Origin: a bacterium
Lineage (GTDB): Bacteria; UBA8248
Assembly: GCA_965202625.1 (NCBI GenBank)
Contig: CBDBBI010000010.1
Span: forward strand, 2,144,001-2,208,000
Direction: 5' to 3'
Length of the DNA: 64,000 nt
The notes beneath the pieces were generated by a model. The model was not told the origin of the DNA and ran no database searches. It saw only the letters and a list, made by a program, of their open reading frames with translations. Of this stretch, positions 1 through 10,014 are shown one piece after another; position 1 is the stretch's first letter, and every line of letters begins with the position of its first letter. Both the position numbers and the translations under genes were made by a program.

Positions 1-54
1 AGCATCAACAAGCAAAATAAGTGGAAGCATCGGCCAGAATATACCTGAGGAGCA

Positions 55-1110
55 GTGCGGATGTTCAAGAACCTGGCGATACGGAATTTTCGCGGGCTCA
101 GCAATTTAGAGATTCCCCGCCTGGGCCGAATCAACCTCGTCACGGGCAAGAACAATTCCGGCAAGACGAGCCTGCTTGAAGCGCTTTTTCTGCTCTCCGG
201 CGCAGGAGATCCTAGTTTGGCGTTGACGACCAACATAGTGCGCGGAATCGACATGGCGGGAGGTTTGGCGATACCCGAAATGTTCTGGAAGCCGCTGTTC
301 GCCGATATGGACATGGCAAGGACAGTGGAAATCGAGGGTGATTCTACTTTGTATGGTCGATGGATATTGCACGTTATGCTCCATCGACCGGATACCATTC
401 AGCTCCCTTTCGACAGCTCCGGTCGTATGGTGGAGAGAACGGTATGGTCGGGCGAGAGCAGGCTCAAGTTTTCGTTCCAAAAAGGGGCAGAACCTCTCGT
501 GGAGAGGAACATGCGTTTCGCGGGTGGTGATCTCCAGGTTGATCAACCCGTTGCGCCCCCGCCGTTTCGGGCGCTGTTCCTTTCGTCGCGCACGGCGAGC
601 CTTCAGGATGACGCCATGCGCCTCGGGCAGCTGCGGCAGCGGAAGAAAGGGGAGCGCGTGACGGATGCCTTGCGGCGCGTCGAGCCGAGACTGCGGAGCA
701 TCGAGGTGAATTCCGCCTCCGGCGTGCCCATGATTTGGGGCGATATCGGCTTGTCCGAGCTCATACCATTGCCGATGATGGGCGAGGGCATGACGCGCAT
801 CGCCCGAATGATTCTGGCGATCTCCGACTCGCCTGGCGGCGTCGTTCTGGTGGATGAGGTCGAAAACGGCATCCACCATTCCGTGTTGGGCAAGGTTTGG
901 GGGGCTATCGGAGAGGCGGCCAGGCAATGTGATACGCAGATCGTCGCGGCGACGCACAGCTTCGAGTGCATGGAGGCGGCGCATAGATCACTCGACGAAC
1001 AGGATTTGCTCGTTCACCGCCTCGAAGTAATCGACGAAACCATACGCTGCGTTACTCTTAACGCGGAAGAAATCAGGACGACGGTCGAGCACAATTTTGA
1101 GATACGCTGA
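55..1110 (+). CDS. ABC/AAA_21-type ATPase (AbiEii/AAA_15-like)
   Basis: Walker A GKNNSGKT, signature-like MGEG, Walker B VLVDEVENGIH, H-loop ATHS; GTG start with GAGGAG RBS. Confidence 0.85.
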   Translation: MRMFKNLAIRNFRGLSNLEIPRLGRINLVTGKNNSGKTSLLEALFLLSGAGDPSLALTTNIVRGIDMAGGLAIPEMFWKPLFADMDMARTVEIEGDSTLYGRWILHVMLHRPDTIQLPFDSSGRMVERTVWSGESRLKFSFQKGAEPLVERNMRFAGGDLQVDQPVAPPPFRALFLSSRTASLQDDAMRLGQLRQRKKGERVTDALRRVEPRLRSIEVNSASGVPMIWGDIGLSELIPLPMMGEGMTRIARMILAISDSPGGVVLVDEVENGIHHSVLGKVWGAIGEAARQCDTQIVAATHSFECMEAAHRSLDEQDLLVHRLEVIDETIRCVTLNAEEIRTTVEHNFEIR

Positions 1111-1112
1111 AC

Positions 1113-1703
1113 GTGGCCTCTCCAGAACAGATTAAAACGCCCAGGCAGCTCCTTGTCGAGGGGAAGGATCAGCGCAACTTCTTTGAGGCGTTCGTCAAGC
1201 ACCTCTCGCTTTGCGACATACAGATACAGGATTACGGAGGCGGGGATGATTTGCGACGTTTTCTGGGGGGATTCGTCAAGAGGTCAGGCTTTCACTCGGT
1301 AGAGAGCCTCGGCATCGTGCGCGACGCCGAGAATTCCGCTCAGAACACCTTCCGGAGCGTTCAGGGAGCACTTAGACACGCGAACCTTCCCGTCCCGAAA
1401 AAAGCGGGACAGCGACAAGGCGGGAAGCCCGACGTGAGCGTGTTCATACTGCCGGACAACGCCTCTGAGGGGATGCTCGAGACGCTCCTTTGCCGCGCGT
1501 TCGCAAACTCTCCAGAGAACGTCTGCATAGATCATTTTTTCAAGTGCGTGAAAGTCGTACCGAACGTAAAGGCGCGTGCTTTCGCCTATCTGACGACGAG
1601 GCGCGATGCGCACCATTCTGTCGGCGTGGCGGCACAACAGGGCGTCTGGAATCTGGATGACGCCGCTTTCCAGGGGCTGCGCGATTTTTTGAAGAATCTG
1701 TAG
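1113..1703 (+). CDS. DUF3226-like TOPRIM-fold protein, partner of the upstream ATPase
   Basis: LLVEGKDQ and GIVRDAE acidic motifs, GMLETL motif; starts 2 nt after the ATPase stop. Confidence 0.7.
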   Translation: MASPEQIKTPRQLLVEGKDQRNFFEAFVKHLSLCDIQIQDYGGGDDLRRFLGGFVKRSGFHSVESLGIVRDAENSAQNTFRSVQGALRHANLPVPKKAGQRQGGKPDVSVFILPDNASEGMLETLLCRAFANSPENVCIDHFFKCVKVVPNVKARAFAYLTTRRDAHHSVGVAAQQGVWNLDDAAFQGLRDFLKNL

Positions 1704-1910
1704 CGGACGGGAAAGGCGGGCGAACATATCAACGACCGGAAGGATGAAAGCATGAGAACCATGCGGCCCGTCGGGCGTCGCGCACTGGCCGCGGAGGACG
1801 GCCTTCGCCGCAAAGCCCTTGCACGGCCTGCTTGATCCGCCCGTTGACGCCGCTCCCCGCCCGTGAAAGCATGGCCGGACATCTCGTTTTGCGGACGGGA
1901 GAATGATCGG

Positions 1911-2297
1911 ATGAAAAATGATTTCAACCTGGGCGAGTTCTCCCATGCCTTGCGCGATCTGGACGAGGTGCGGGCGGAAGCGGAGGAAGAGGGTTTTCTG
2001 GTTCCGACGGATGCGGCGTTCCTGAACGCGCGGCGTCTGCTCACGGAAATGTATGACTTGTCCCCCCGCCGTTTCGAGGTGTATCCCATGCCGGATGGGG
2101 AGATCGCGGTTGACGCGACGAATGGCCGAGGGAGTTCCGTCCTGCTGTTGTGCAGCTCAGACGGCGCTGCCCTGTGCTCGGTTAACATGGCGGGTGCGCA
2201 TCGACGCGCCAGATATGCCACTGCCGAGACGCTTCCCGACGATTTTGTGCGCGAAGCAATGGGCGAACTTGAACGGCAGGGTGATGGGGTGGAGTGA
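1911..2297 (+). CDS. hypothetical protein
   Basis: Open frame with protein-like composition; ATG at 1911 preferred over the track start at 1863. Confidence 0.55.
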   Translation: MKNDFNLGEFSHALRDLDEVRAEAEEEGFLVPTDAAFLNARRLLTEMYDLSPRRFEVYPMPDGEIAVDATNGRGSSVLLLCSSDGAALCSVNMAGAHRRARYATAETLPDDFVREAMGELERQGDGVE

Positions 2298-2397
2298 AAG
2301 CACCGAGAAAATCAGCGGTGATGAGGAACTTGGACGGGGAGTATTTTCCAGCGGGCAAGCGGAGCGGACGCTTCGGCTGGCGGGAAAGGAGATAAAA

Positions 2398-2997
2398 ATG
2401 ACCTGGTTCCTCAAAAGTATCGCGCATCTGGCGGCGGTTTTTCTGCTCTGTGCGTATCTCCCCTCCGGAGGCGGGGCGGCGGAGGGTGCGGAGGAGAACG
2501 TCGTCTTTCTCAAGGCGTTCTATCCCCTGGACGAGCCGAGGTTTCACTGCGTGGACGTACCGGGACACCGCTCCGGTGTGAACACCGCCGCCGCCCTCGT
2601 GGTCCACACCTGCAAGGAGGGGATGTGGAACCTCGATGAGCGTTTTGATTTGTCCGCCGTCTCGAAGGGTGCGTTGCGAATGCCCGCATACGGGCTGTGC
2701 GTCGTCGCCGATTCCGCCGCCGAGGGGGCGAAGGTGCGTCTGCGCGCGTGTGACGGCCGCCCGCTCGGCGTCTGGCGTTTTGAGAATTACCGCTTAAGTC
2801 TTGAGCACCATCCAGAGAAATGCCTCACCATCGGCGCGGAACCCTCACGTCTCACGCCGGGCGGGCACAGGTTTCCGAGCCGCCACGTGGCCCGCTCCCT
2901 CGGGCTTGCGACGTGTGCGGAAGAAGCCCTGGAGAGACAACTCTGGCGTCTGGAGCGGCCCATGCGGCGCACCGGCTCCATCATGCCCTTCAAGTAG
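2398..2997 (+). CDS. secreted ricin-type beta-trefoil lectin-like protein
   Basis: AAGGAG RBS before ATG 2398, signal-peptide-like N-terminus, repeated CVD/CVV/CLT...C...W units, QLW near the end. Confidence 0.6.
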   Translation: MTWFLKSIAHLAAVFLLCAYLPSGGGAAEGAEENVVFLKAFYPLDEPRFHCVDVPGHRSGVNTAAALVVHTCKEGMWNLDERFDLSAVSKGALRMPAYGLCVVADSAAEGAKVRLRACDGRPLGVWRFENYRLSLEHHPEKCLTIGAEPSRLTPGGHRFPSRHVARSLGLATCAEEALERQLWRLERPMRRTGSIMPFK

Positions 2998-3062
2998 AAG
3001 CGTAGAAGCGTAGAAGCGGAGGCGCGGTCTGCGTGTGCGCGCGGGTGTCGCGTCCCTGATGA

Positions 3063-3905
3063 TCAGGGAGCGACCGTCCTTCTCTTGCGCGCGTGAACGA
3101 GCGTGGCCTCCATGGGCAGGCGGATGACGCCCTCCTCGCACGCAAACTCCATCACGCTTTCGCGGATCGCCTCCTTGATGCGCTCTCTCGCCCTGGGCGG
3201 CTGTGCGCGCAGCCGTGCCGCCGTGCGCACGGTGGATTTCTCGATGATCTCGACGATGCGCGCGGGCGCCTCGGCCCGCATATAGAGGGTGAGGTCGAGA
3301 AACTGCGGCTTTGTGAACCCCGCCGCCTCAAACGCGCGCGCGCATGCGTCCTTCTCCGCATAAAACGGAGCGGGCGGGCCGGCGAGGAGGGGCGTTTGGG
3401 CCTCCCCGTGGGTCTGAACCGCTTTTTCCATCAGCCGCCTGTGGCCCGCGTCATGCGTCCACGCGGTGAGGGCGAGCCTTCCGCCCGGTTTGAGGGTGCG
3501 GGCGGTTTCGGCCAGCGCGTCTTCCGGACGGGAGAAGTGGATGAACCCGAAGTTGCTCACAACGGCGTCAAAGGCGGCGTCGGGGAAGGGCGTCTCCTCC
3601 GCGTCGCAGCACCGGAACTCCGCCCCCGGCCAGCGGCGCGCGGCCTCGGCGATCATGTCTCCGGCGAAATCCGCGCCCACCACCGTGCAGCCGCGCATGA
3701 GCGCCCCCGCAGCGACGACGCCCGTCCCGCACGCCAAATCAAGCAGGCGCGTTCCGAAGCGCGCACCGGCGGCGTCGAGCAGGGCGGCGGCGGCCTGCGT
3801 GGTGGCGGTGCCGAACAAATCGTTGTAATCCGTCGCCACGCCGTTCCATCCCGCGCGCTCGAACTCCCTGAACGCATCAGGGTCGTATGCGGACGTCCCG
3901 CTCAT
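3063..3905 (-). CDS. class I SAM-dependent methyltransferase
   Basis: LLDLACGTG motif I, DAEETPFPDAAFDAV, LKPGG. Confidence 0.9.
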   Translation of the reverse strand: MSGTSAYDPDAFREFERAGWNGVATDYNDLFGTATTQAAAALLDAAGARFGTRLLDLACGTGVVAAGALMRGCTVVGADFAGDMIAEAARRWPGAEFRCCDAEETPFPDAAFDAVVSNFGFIHFSRPEDALAETARTLKPGGRLALTAWTHDAGHRRLMEKAVQTHGEAQTPLLAGPPAPFYAEKDACARAFEAAGFTKPQFLDLTLYMRAEAPARIVEIIEKSTVRTAARLRAQPPRARERIKEAIRESVMEFACEEGVIRLPMEATLVHARKRRTVAP

Positions 3906-3930
3906 GTCGCCGCCTCAAGGTTCTGTTTCT

Positions 3931-5355
3931 TCATCGCGTCTCCCCCCTCGTCTGGGGGCGTCCGTCCGCGCGGACGCCGCGCGCCACCAGGTCCACCCCG
4001 TTCGAGCCGATGATCTCGCAGGTGATGACGTCTCCGGACGCGGCGTCTGTTTCGTGAAAAAAGACCTCGCCGTCCACCTCGGGGGCCTGCAGCCGCGTCC
4101 GCCCGCGCAGGAGTCCCTCGGGCGTCAGCCCCTCCACGAGTGCCTGCGTTCTCGCACCCGTCAGCGCCGCGTTGTCCTCGGCCATGATGCGCTCCTGAAG
4201 CGCGAGCAGCCGGGCCATGCGCTCTTTGGCGACCTCGCGCGGTACCTGCTCCGGCAGGCGTGCCGCTATCGAGCGATCCTCGGGCGAGAAGACGAAGCCG
4301 CCCAGCCGCGCGAAGCGGGTCTCCTCCACGAAGTCGAGAAGAAGCGCGAAATCCTCCTCCGTCTCTCCGGGAAAGCCGACGAGCATGGTGGTTCTGAGCG
4401 CACAGCCGGGCGCCCTCTCCCTGATGCGCGAGATGAGGGTGCGCGTGCCCCGCTCGTCGATTCCGCGCCGCATGGCGGCGAGCACGGGAGTGGAGACGTG
4501 CTGAAGCGGCATGTCGATATACTCGCACACCTTCGGCAGGTCCCGGTAGGCGTCGATCAGCGCGTCCGTCATTCCGCGCGGGTAGTTGTAGAGCGCGCGA
4601 ATCCACTCCAGACCCTCCACGCCGTTGAGCGCCTCGAGCAGCCGCGCGAGCGAGGCGCCGGATCGTAAATCTCTCCCGTAGCTCGTGATTTCCTGTGCCA
4701 GAAGGTTGACCTCGCGCACGCCGGCCTCGGCCAGTGCCCGCGCCTCCTCCACCAGCAGGTCGAGCGGGCGGGAGCGAAACCTGCCGCGAAACCTCGGTAT
4801 CACGCAGAAGGTGCACGGACGCGAGCAGCCCTCGGCGACTTTCAGGTAGGCGCTCGGGCCGGGCTCTGCGAGAATGCGCGGCAGCCTTCTGCCGTAATCC
4901 ATCAGGGTGTCCGAGAACGCCTCGCGCGCACCGCCGAGCAGGAGGGCGGGCAGGCGGTCGTATTCGCGGGTTCCGATGAACAGGTCCACCTCGGGCAGCC
5001 CCTGGGCGAGTTCTCCCCGGTAGCGCTCGGCGAGGCAGCCCGCCACCACCAACGTTTCCAGCGCGCCCGTCTGCTTGAGTTGCCCCAGTTCCAGAATCAC
5101 GTCTATCGACTCGCGCTTCGCATCCTCGATGAAGCCGCAGGTGTTGACGATGGCGACCTGGGCCTCCTCCGCCTCGCCCACGAGCTGGTAGCCCGCCTCC
5201 GCCAGGGCGGCGAGCATGATTTCCGAATCCACCGTGTTCTTGGCACAGCCCAGTGAGACGAGTGCGGCCCTCGGTGCCTCCGCCGGCGCGGGTGCGCCCC
5301 GCCGCACGAGGGGCATCTCGGAGATGGGCCGTATCTGGAGGAGCCCGCCGCTCAT
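3931..5355 (-). CDS. rimO: ribosomal protein S12 methylthiotransferase RimO
   Basis: SLGCAKNTVDSE, VNTCGFIEDAKRES, radical SAM AEGCSRPCTFC, C-terminal TRAM with QAPEVDG. Confidence 0.92.
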   Translation of the reverse strand: MSGGLLQIRPISEMPLVRRGAPAPAEAPRAALVSLGCAKNTVDSEIMLAALAEAGYQLVGEAEEAQVAIVNTCGFIEDAKRESIDVILELGQLKQTGALETLVVAGCLAERYRGELAQGLPEVDLFIGTREYDRLPALLLGGAREAFSDTLMDYGRRLPRILAEPGPSAYLKVAEGCSRPCTFCVIPRFRGRFRSRPLDLLVEEARALAEAGVREVNLLAQEITSYGRDLRSGASLARLLEALNGVEGLEWIRALYNYPRGMTDALIDAYRDLPKVCEYIDMPLQHVSTPVLAAMRRGIDERGTRTLISRIRERAPGCALRTTMLVGFPGETEEDFALLLDFVEETRFARLGGFVFSPEDRSIAARLPEQVPREVAKERMARLLALQERIMAEDNAALTGARTQALVEGLTPEGLLRGRTRLQAPEVDGEVFFHETDAASGDVITCEIIGSNGVDLVARGVRADGRPQTRGETR

Positions 5356-6677
5356 CGCACCGCCCCCGCCCGGAGGGTGCTCGGGTCGCAATGCCATTCC
5401 TCCCGGGGGCGGTTGAAATAGCGAATCGCCGCCCCGGGCAGCTCCTTTCGATATACCTCCAGCATCCGCGCCATGCCCATCGCCTCTCCGGCGCTTTCGA
5501 CCTCGGGCAGCGTCTCCAGGTAGAGGGCGGGGTCGATGCACAGGTTTTTCATCTGTATCACGTGAAGCCCCGTTCTCTCGGCGAACCGCAGCATGGCTTC
5601 CACCTCGCCTTCAAGGTCCGTGACGCCGGGGAATACCAGATAGTTGATCTGCGTGTAAAGCCCCGCGTCGGCGGCGGCCTTCACGCAGTCCTCCACCTGG
5701 TCGAAGTCATACGTCTCGGGACGATAGTAGGCGCGATACCATGCGGGCGTCGCGCTGTTCATGCTGATGCGGACGCTCTCCAGACCCGCCGCGGCGAGCC
5801 TCTCCATCCATTCGGGCCGGCTGCCGTTCGTGTTGAGGTGGAGGGTACCGCGCGAGGTGTGCTCGCGTATGCGTCGGCAGGCCCGCTCGATGATCCCCGC
5901 CTGGAGCAGAGGCTCCCCCTCGCATCCCTGCCCGAAGCTGGCGACCGCCGCCTCCGCCCCCGCAAGATGGGGGACGGCGATCGCGCTCAGCTCCTCCGGC
6001 GTCGGCGCGAAGCCGATGCGTTGGTGGCTCGCCGGAAACAGGTCGTCGCTCTGAAGGGAGATGCACCCCCGGCAGTCCGCGTTGCACAGCGGAGCGATGG
6101 GCAGGCCCATCTCCCATCGGCGGGCGAAGAAGTTTTTGGCGGCAAAGCAATGAAACGCGCCTGCACAGCGCGCAAGGTGGGGGAGCAGTCGATTTTTTGG
6201 GTTCGCCTCGCGCATCTCGGCGATGCGCTCGGGCAGGTGCGCGTCGTCGTATTCGGCGGGTGCCCAGCGCGGGCAGTCGTCCACCTGCACGGCGGCGCAT
6301 ACGAATTCGCCCCTCTCCGCATCAAAGCCCAGCGCCGCGTAGGCCCACAGGGGGAGGACGGCGGCTCCTTCCTCTCTCTCCGCATAGGGAAGGAGGGTGC
6401 GCATCCACCCCGGTGCGGGAAACGCGCAGGCGGCCTGAAGCGGCGCGGCTCCCTCGTCCCAGTCCGCCTCGGCCACGCTGAGGAGCGCACCCGTTTCGGA
6501 GTCGCCGCCCATGGGCGTGCTGTCGGGAATCGTGAAGAGTCTGCTTCCCTCGGGAAGTGCCGAGAGCTCCTCCGGCTGCGGTGCCACGGGCGACGCCCCG
6601 CTCGCGCCCACCATCTCCAGCGTCGGATGCTCGAACAGGTTGCCGTCCTGGTCGGCGACCACCATCAGCGCGGACAT
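5352..6677 (-). CDS. radical SAM protein
   Basis: CNADCRGC (CxxxCxxC), SFGQGCEGEP, LNTNGS; stop overlaps the rimO start (ATGA). Confidence 0.85.
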   Translation of the reverse strand: MSALMVVADQDGNLFEHPTLEMVGASGASPVAPQPEELSALPEGSRLFTIPDSTPMGGDSETGALLSVAEADWDEGAAPLQAACAFPAPGWMRTLLPYAEREEGAAVLPLWAYAALGFDAERGEFVCAAVQVDDCPRWAPAEYDDAHLPERIAEMREANPKNRLLPHLARCAGAFHCFAAKNFFARRWEMGLPIAPLCNADCRGCISLQSDDLFPASHQRIGFAPTPEELSAIAVPHLAGAEAAVASFGQGCEGEPLLQAGIIERACRRIREHTSRGTLHLNTNGSRPEWMERLAAAGLESVRISMNSATPAWYRAYYRPETYDFDQVEDCVKAAADAGLYTQINYLVFPGVTDLEGEVEAMLRFAERTGLHVIQMKNLCIDPALYLETLPEVESAGEAMGMARMLEVYRKELPGAAIRYFNRPREEWHCDPSTLRAGAVR

Positions 6678-6978
6678 GGGGGGGATGCTCCTCGCGTCGG
6701 TCGCCGGGGCGACGGAAAAAACGCGCTTGCGTGTGGAGGAACGCCGGCGTCGCTCACGGCTTCTCGTCTCCTGATGCGTGTGTGGCTCTCCAAAGCCTGC
6801 CGCCCTGGTGCGGGCGTCCGCATACCCTAGCAGAACTCGGCCTCCTCTCGCCAGTTTCCCGCCCTGGACAAGCGACTTGCGGTTGGGGATACTTTCCCCC
6901 TCCCCTTCATCCGCTTGCCGTGGGGAGACCGGCGTTTCGGAATCCAGACCGCGCGCAAGCGAAAACGGAGGAACCCCC

Positions 6979-7809
6979 ATGCGCCCAGATGAATATCTCT
7001 CCCGAGTCGCCCTTGTGAAATCCGAGACCGGGCGTCTGTCCGCAGAGTGGCGCGGCTTCTCGGACGCCCGCTGGGAGGTGGATACCTTTTGCCCCGGCTG
7101 GCGGGCACGACACGCCGTCTCCCACCTGGCGACGGGGGGCGATTTTTATGCGAACTCGGTTCGCAGGGCACTGGACGGTCTGCCGCCCGCACCGCCCTAC
7201 GGGAACGACACGAAAGGGTTTTTTGCCATCCGCAAGGACAAGGGCGAGGCGCTTATGGCACTCCCCCGGGAGGAGATGCTGAATGCGTTCGACGCCTCGG
7301 CCCTTGCCGTGAACGACGCGCTTGAGGCGGTGGGCACGGACGACCTCGGCAAGCGCGGCTATCACCCCCGCGGTCTGACGAGGCTCGACGCCTGGATAGG
7401 GATGCGGCTCGCCGAGATGGTGATTCACGACTGGGATATTCGCTACGGGGAGGACCCTGACGCCCGCGTCGCCCCCCAGGGGGTGGAGGGGATGATGAGT
7501 TTCATTCCGGAGAACCAGAGCCGGTTTTTCGGTCTGCGCGAGAAGCCCCCCTTCAAGGGCCGGTTCGCTTTTCGCTCGACGGAACCCGATCGGGCGTGGA
7601 CGCTCACCGTCGACGGTACGGGGGCGGAGGAGTCCGCGGACGCCTCCGGAACACACGACGCCCGCATCGCCGCAGATGGCGAGGCCCACGTCCTCCTCAT
7701 GTTCGGGCGCGCGAAGCGCGAGGCCATGATGGCGGCGGGACGCCTGGAAGTCGAGGGAAACCCGGACCTGGCAGATCGGCTCCTGCGCGTTTTGTACACG
7801 ACCTATTAG
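6979..7809 (+). CDS. maleylpyruvate isomerase-like (DinB superfamily, MDMPI) enzyme with C-terminal SCP2-like domain
   Basis: TFCPGWRARHAVSHL and EMVIHDWDI metal-binding motifs; GGAGG RBS. Confidence 0.8.
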   Translation: MRPDEYLSRVALVKSETGRLSAEWRGFSDARWEVDTFCPGWRARHAVSHLATGGDFYANSVRRALDGLPPAPPYGNDTKGFFAIRKDKGEALMALPREEMLNAFDASALAVNDALEAVGTDDLGKRGYHPRGLTRLDAWIGMRLAEMVIHDWDIRYGEDPDARVAPQGVEGMMSFIPENQSRFFGLREKPPFKGRFAFRSTEPDRAWTLTVDGTGAEESADASGTHDARIAADGEAHVLLMFGRAKREAMMAAGRLEVEGNPDLADRLLRVLYTTY

Positions 7810-7851
7810 GAGGTCGCCAAACCTCCATTTTCCCTTGAGGTGGTTGAGAAC

Positions 7852-8742
7852 ATGACGATTACGAAAGTGGACGGATACGCCTATTATCCCCAAAGCAGGG
7901 GGCGTATTGAGGCGATGCGGCAGGCCGACCCCGCCAGAACGCCCTGGACGCCGCTGCCCCGACCGCTCGCCGAATGCCGGGTCACCCTCGTCTCCACGGC
8001 GGGCATATTCATGAAGGGGGACGTCTCCTTCGATTACGCGCGCGAATGGCGAGAGCCGCACTGGGGGGATCCCACCCACCGGGAGATTCCGAAATCGGCC
8101 GGCCAGGACGATTGCGAATACTCCCATCTGCACGTCAACACCGAATATCTGAAAGCGGACAGGAACGTGGCGTTTCCGGTGGACGTTTTTCTGGACTACG
8201 AGCGGGAGGGCAGGATCGGCACCCTCGCCGACACGCTGTATTCCACCATGGGCTACACGCCCAACTTCCATCCCCTGATCAAGAAGACGGCCCCCCTCAT
8301 GGCGGAGAAGATGCGCTCTGAGGGCGTGGATGCGGCGTTTTTGTTTCCCGTCTGACCGCTTTGCATGCGGTCCGTGAGCCTGCTGCAAAGAAAGCTGGAA
8401 GAGCTGGGAATCGCCACCATCTCGATATGCAACCAGCCCGCCGTCTCCGAGAAGGTCTGCGTACCGAGGGCGGCGTTCATTCAGTATCCCTTCGGACGGA
8501 TTCTGGGAGACGTGGGCGACAGGGCGGGCCAGCGCGCGGTGTGCGACGACGTGTGCGCACACCTGGAAGCCGCACGGGGGCCCAACGCCTATCGCCACCT
8601 GCCCCATGCGTGGCATGAGCCGCCCGAAGAGGCGCAGTGGAAGCCCCTGCAGCCCGCCCCCATGCACGTGCTGAGAAACAAGGGAACGGCGCCCAAAGGC
8701 CTCGCGCATTACCAGGACGACGAGCGGCCGGATTTGGCCTAG
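7852..8742 (+). CDS. GrdB/PrdB-family reductase selenoprotein B-like protein (Sec at TGA 8353-8355)
   Basis: Track ORFs 7840-8355 and 8365-8742 are in one frame; readthrough gives FPV-U-PLC; WTPLPRPLAECRVTLVSTAG, DPTHREIP, DRNVAFP and VPRAAFIQYPFG match the family; hairpin 8359-8390. Confidence 0.85.
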
Positions 8743-9074
8743 AACAGCCGCCCGCCGATGCGCGGGTTTTTCGCATCGGGAGATAAGAGCACCACCTCGC
8801 CCCGCGCGTTCGGGACGCCGAGCGTCAGCACCTCGGAGACGAAGGGGCCGATTTGTCTCGGCGGAAAGTTCACCACTCCGAGCACGAGCTTCCCCCTGAG
8901 CGCCTCCTTCTCGTAGAGGGCGACGATCTGCGCGGAGGATTTCTTCACGCCCACCTCCTCGCCGAAATCGATCCGGAGCTTGTAGGCGGGCTTTCGCGCC
9001 TCGGGAAAATCCTCCGCCTCGATGATGCGTCCCACGCGGACGTCGAGCTTCTCAAAATCCTCCATCGTCGCCAC
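8739..9074 (-). CDS. csaA: tRNA-binding protein/chaperone CsaA
   Basis: FEKLDVRVGRII, ARKPAYKLRIDFG, VNFPPRQIGPFVSEVL. Confidence 0.9.
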   Translation of the reverse strand: MATMEDFEKLDVRVGRIIEAEDFPEARKPAYKLRIDFGEEVGVKKSSAQIVALYEKEALRGKLVLGVVNFPPRQIGPFVSEVLTLGVPNARGEVVLLSPDAKNPRIGGRLF

Positions 9075-9115
9075 CTGGTCTCTCTCCTCCTCTGGTTCTG
9101 CGCTGCCCTTGGTAT

Positions 9116-10003
9116 TTACGCCTCGTCAATCGATTCGCCCTCGGTTTTCTCCATCTCCAGAATCTCCGCGCGCAGCAGCGTCGTCACGGGGCCGGGGGCG
9201 GGTATGGGGCGCGCGTCGACCTCCTGCACCGCGCACACCCGGCTGAACGATGAGGTGAGAAAGCACTCGTCCGCCGTGTAGAGGTCATAGAGCGTGAGGT
9301 CCGCCTCAGAGGCGGGAATCCCCTCGCGCGCGGCGATCTCCATCACCGCCCTTCGGGTGATGCCGTCGAGGGCGTTGTGGACGTGGGGCGTTTTCAGGGC
9401 GCCGTCCTTCACGAGAAAAACGTTCTCGCCTGGTGCCTCCGCCACGAAGCCGCCCGCGTCCAGAAGAATCGCCTCGTCATATCCCGCCTCCACGGCCTCG
9501 ATACGCGCCATCACGTTGTTGAGATAATTGAGCGACTTCACGCGCGCCTCCAGGGATGCGGACGGCACCTTGCGCACCGCCGCCGTCTTGAGGCGCAGCC
9601 CCGCACCCTTCGCGCGATAGCTCGCGCCCGTCTCGGGCGGCGGGGCGGGTGGGTGCAGCAGCACGGCGAGCGTCGCTTCTCCCGTCACCCTCGGATCGAG
9701 CAGGGGGTAGCCCGCTCCCCTGGAGACGACGAGGCGCAGATACACCTCGTCCACGCCCGACCTGCGCGCGCATTCCTTGACGATGTGCGCGATTCTCTCC
9801 CGGGGTTCGGGAAGGTCGATTTTGAGTGCGCGCGCGGAGTGTTCCATGCGGTCGAGATGCTCCCGGAAGCGGAAGATGCGCCGCCCCCTCAGCGTCATGG
9901 ATTCAAAGAGGCCGTCCCCGTAGAGAAACCCGTGATCAAAGGCGGAGACGCGCGCCTCGGAGGCGGGGACGTATGCGCCGTTCACGTAGCAGACGAGGGA
10001 CAT
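9116..10003 (-). CDS. aminotransferase class IV (branched-chain amino acid aminotransferase-like)
   Basis: DHGFLYGDGLFE, KSLNY PLP lysine, LDGITR. Confidence 0.9.
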   Translation of the reverse strand: MSLVCYVNGAYVPASEARVSAFDHGFLYGDGLFESMTLRGRRIFRFREHLDRMEHSARALKIDLPEPRERIAHIVKECARRSGVDEVYLRLVVSRGAGYPLLDPRVTGEATLAVLLHPPAPPPETGASYRAKGAGLRLKTAAVRKVPSASLEARVKSLNYLNNVMARIEAVEAGYDEAILLDAGGFVAEAPGENVFLVKDGALKTPHVHNALDGITRRAVMEIAAREGIPASEADLTLYDLYTADECFLTSSFSRVCAVQEVDARPIPAPGPVTTLLRAEILEMEKTEGESIDEA

Positions 10004-10014
10004 GGAGGTGCTCT

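Noticed and set aside
2053-2397. Long N-terminal extension of the lectin-like ORF
   Set aside because: Overlaps the upstream gene; a strong RBS and signal peptide start at 2398. The MGWSES...GRGVFSS stretch may be a gene remnant but I cannot support it
2994-3017. GTAGAAGC x3 microsatellite
   Set aside because: Lies at a gene end between convergent genes with no evident functional effect
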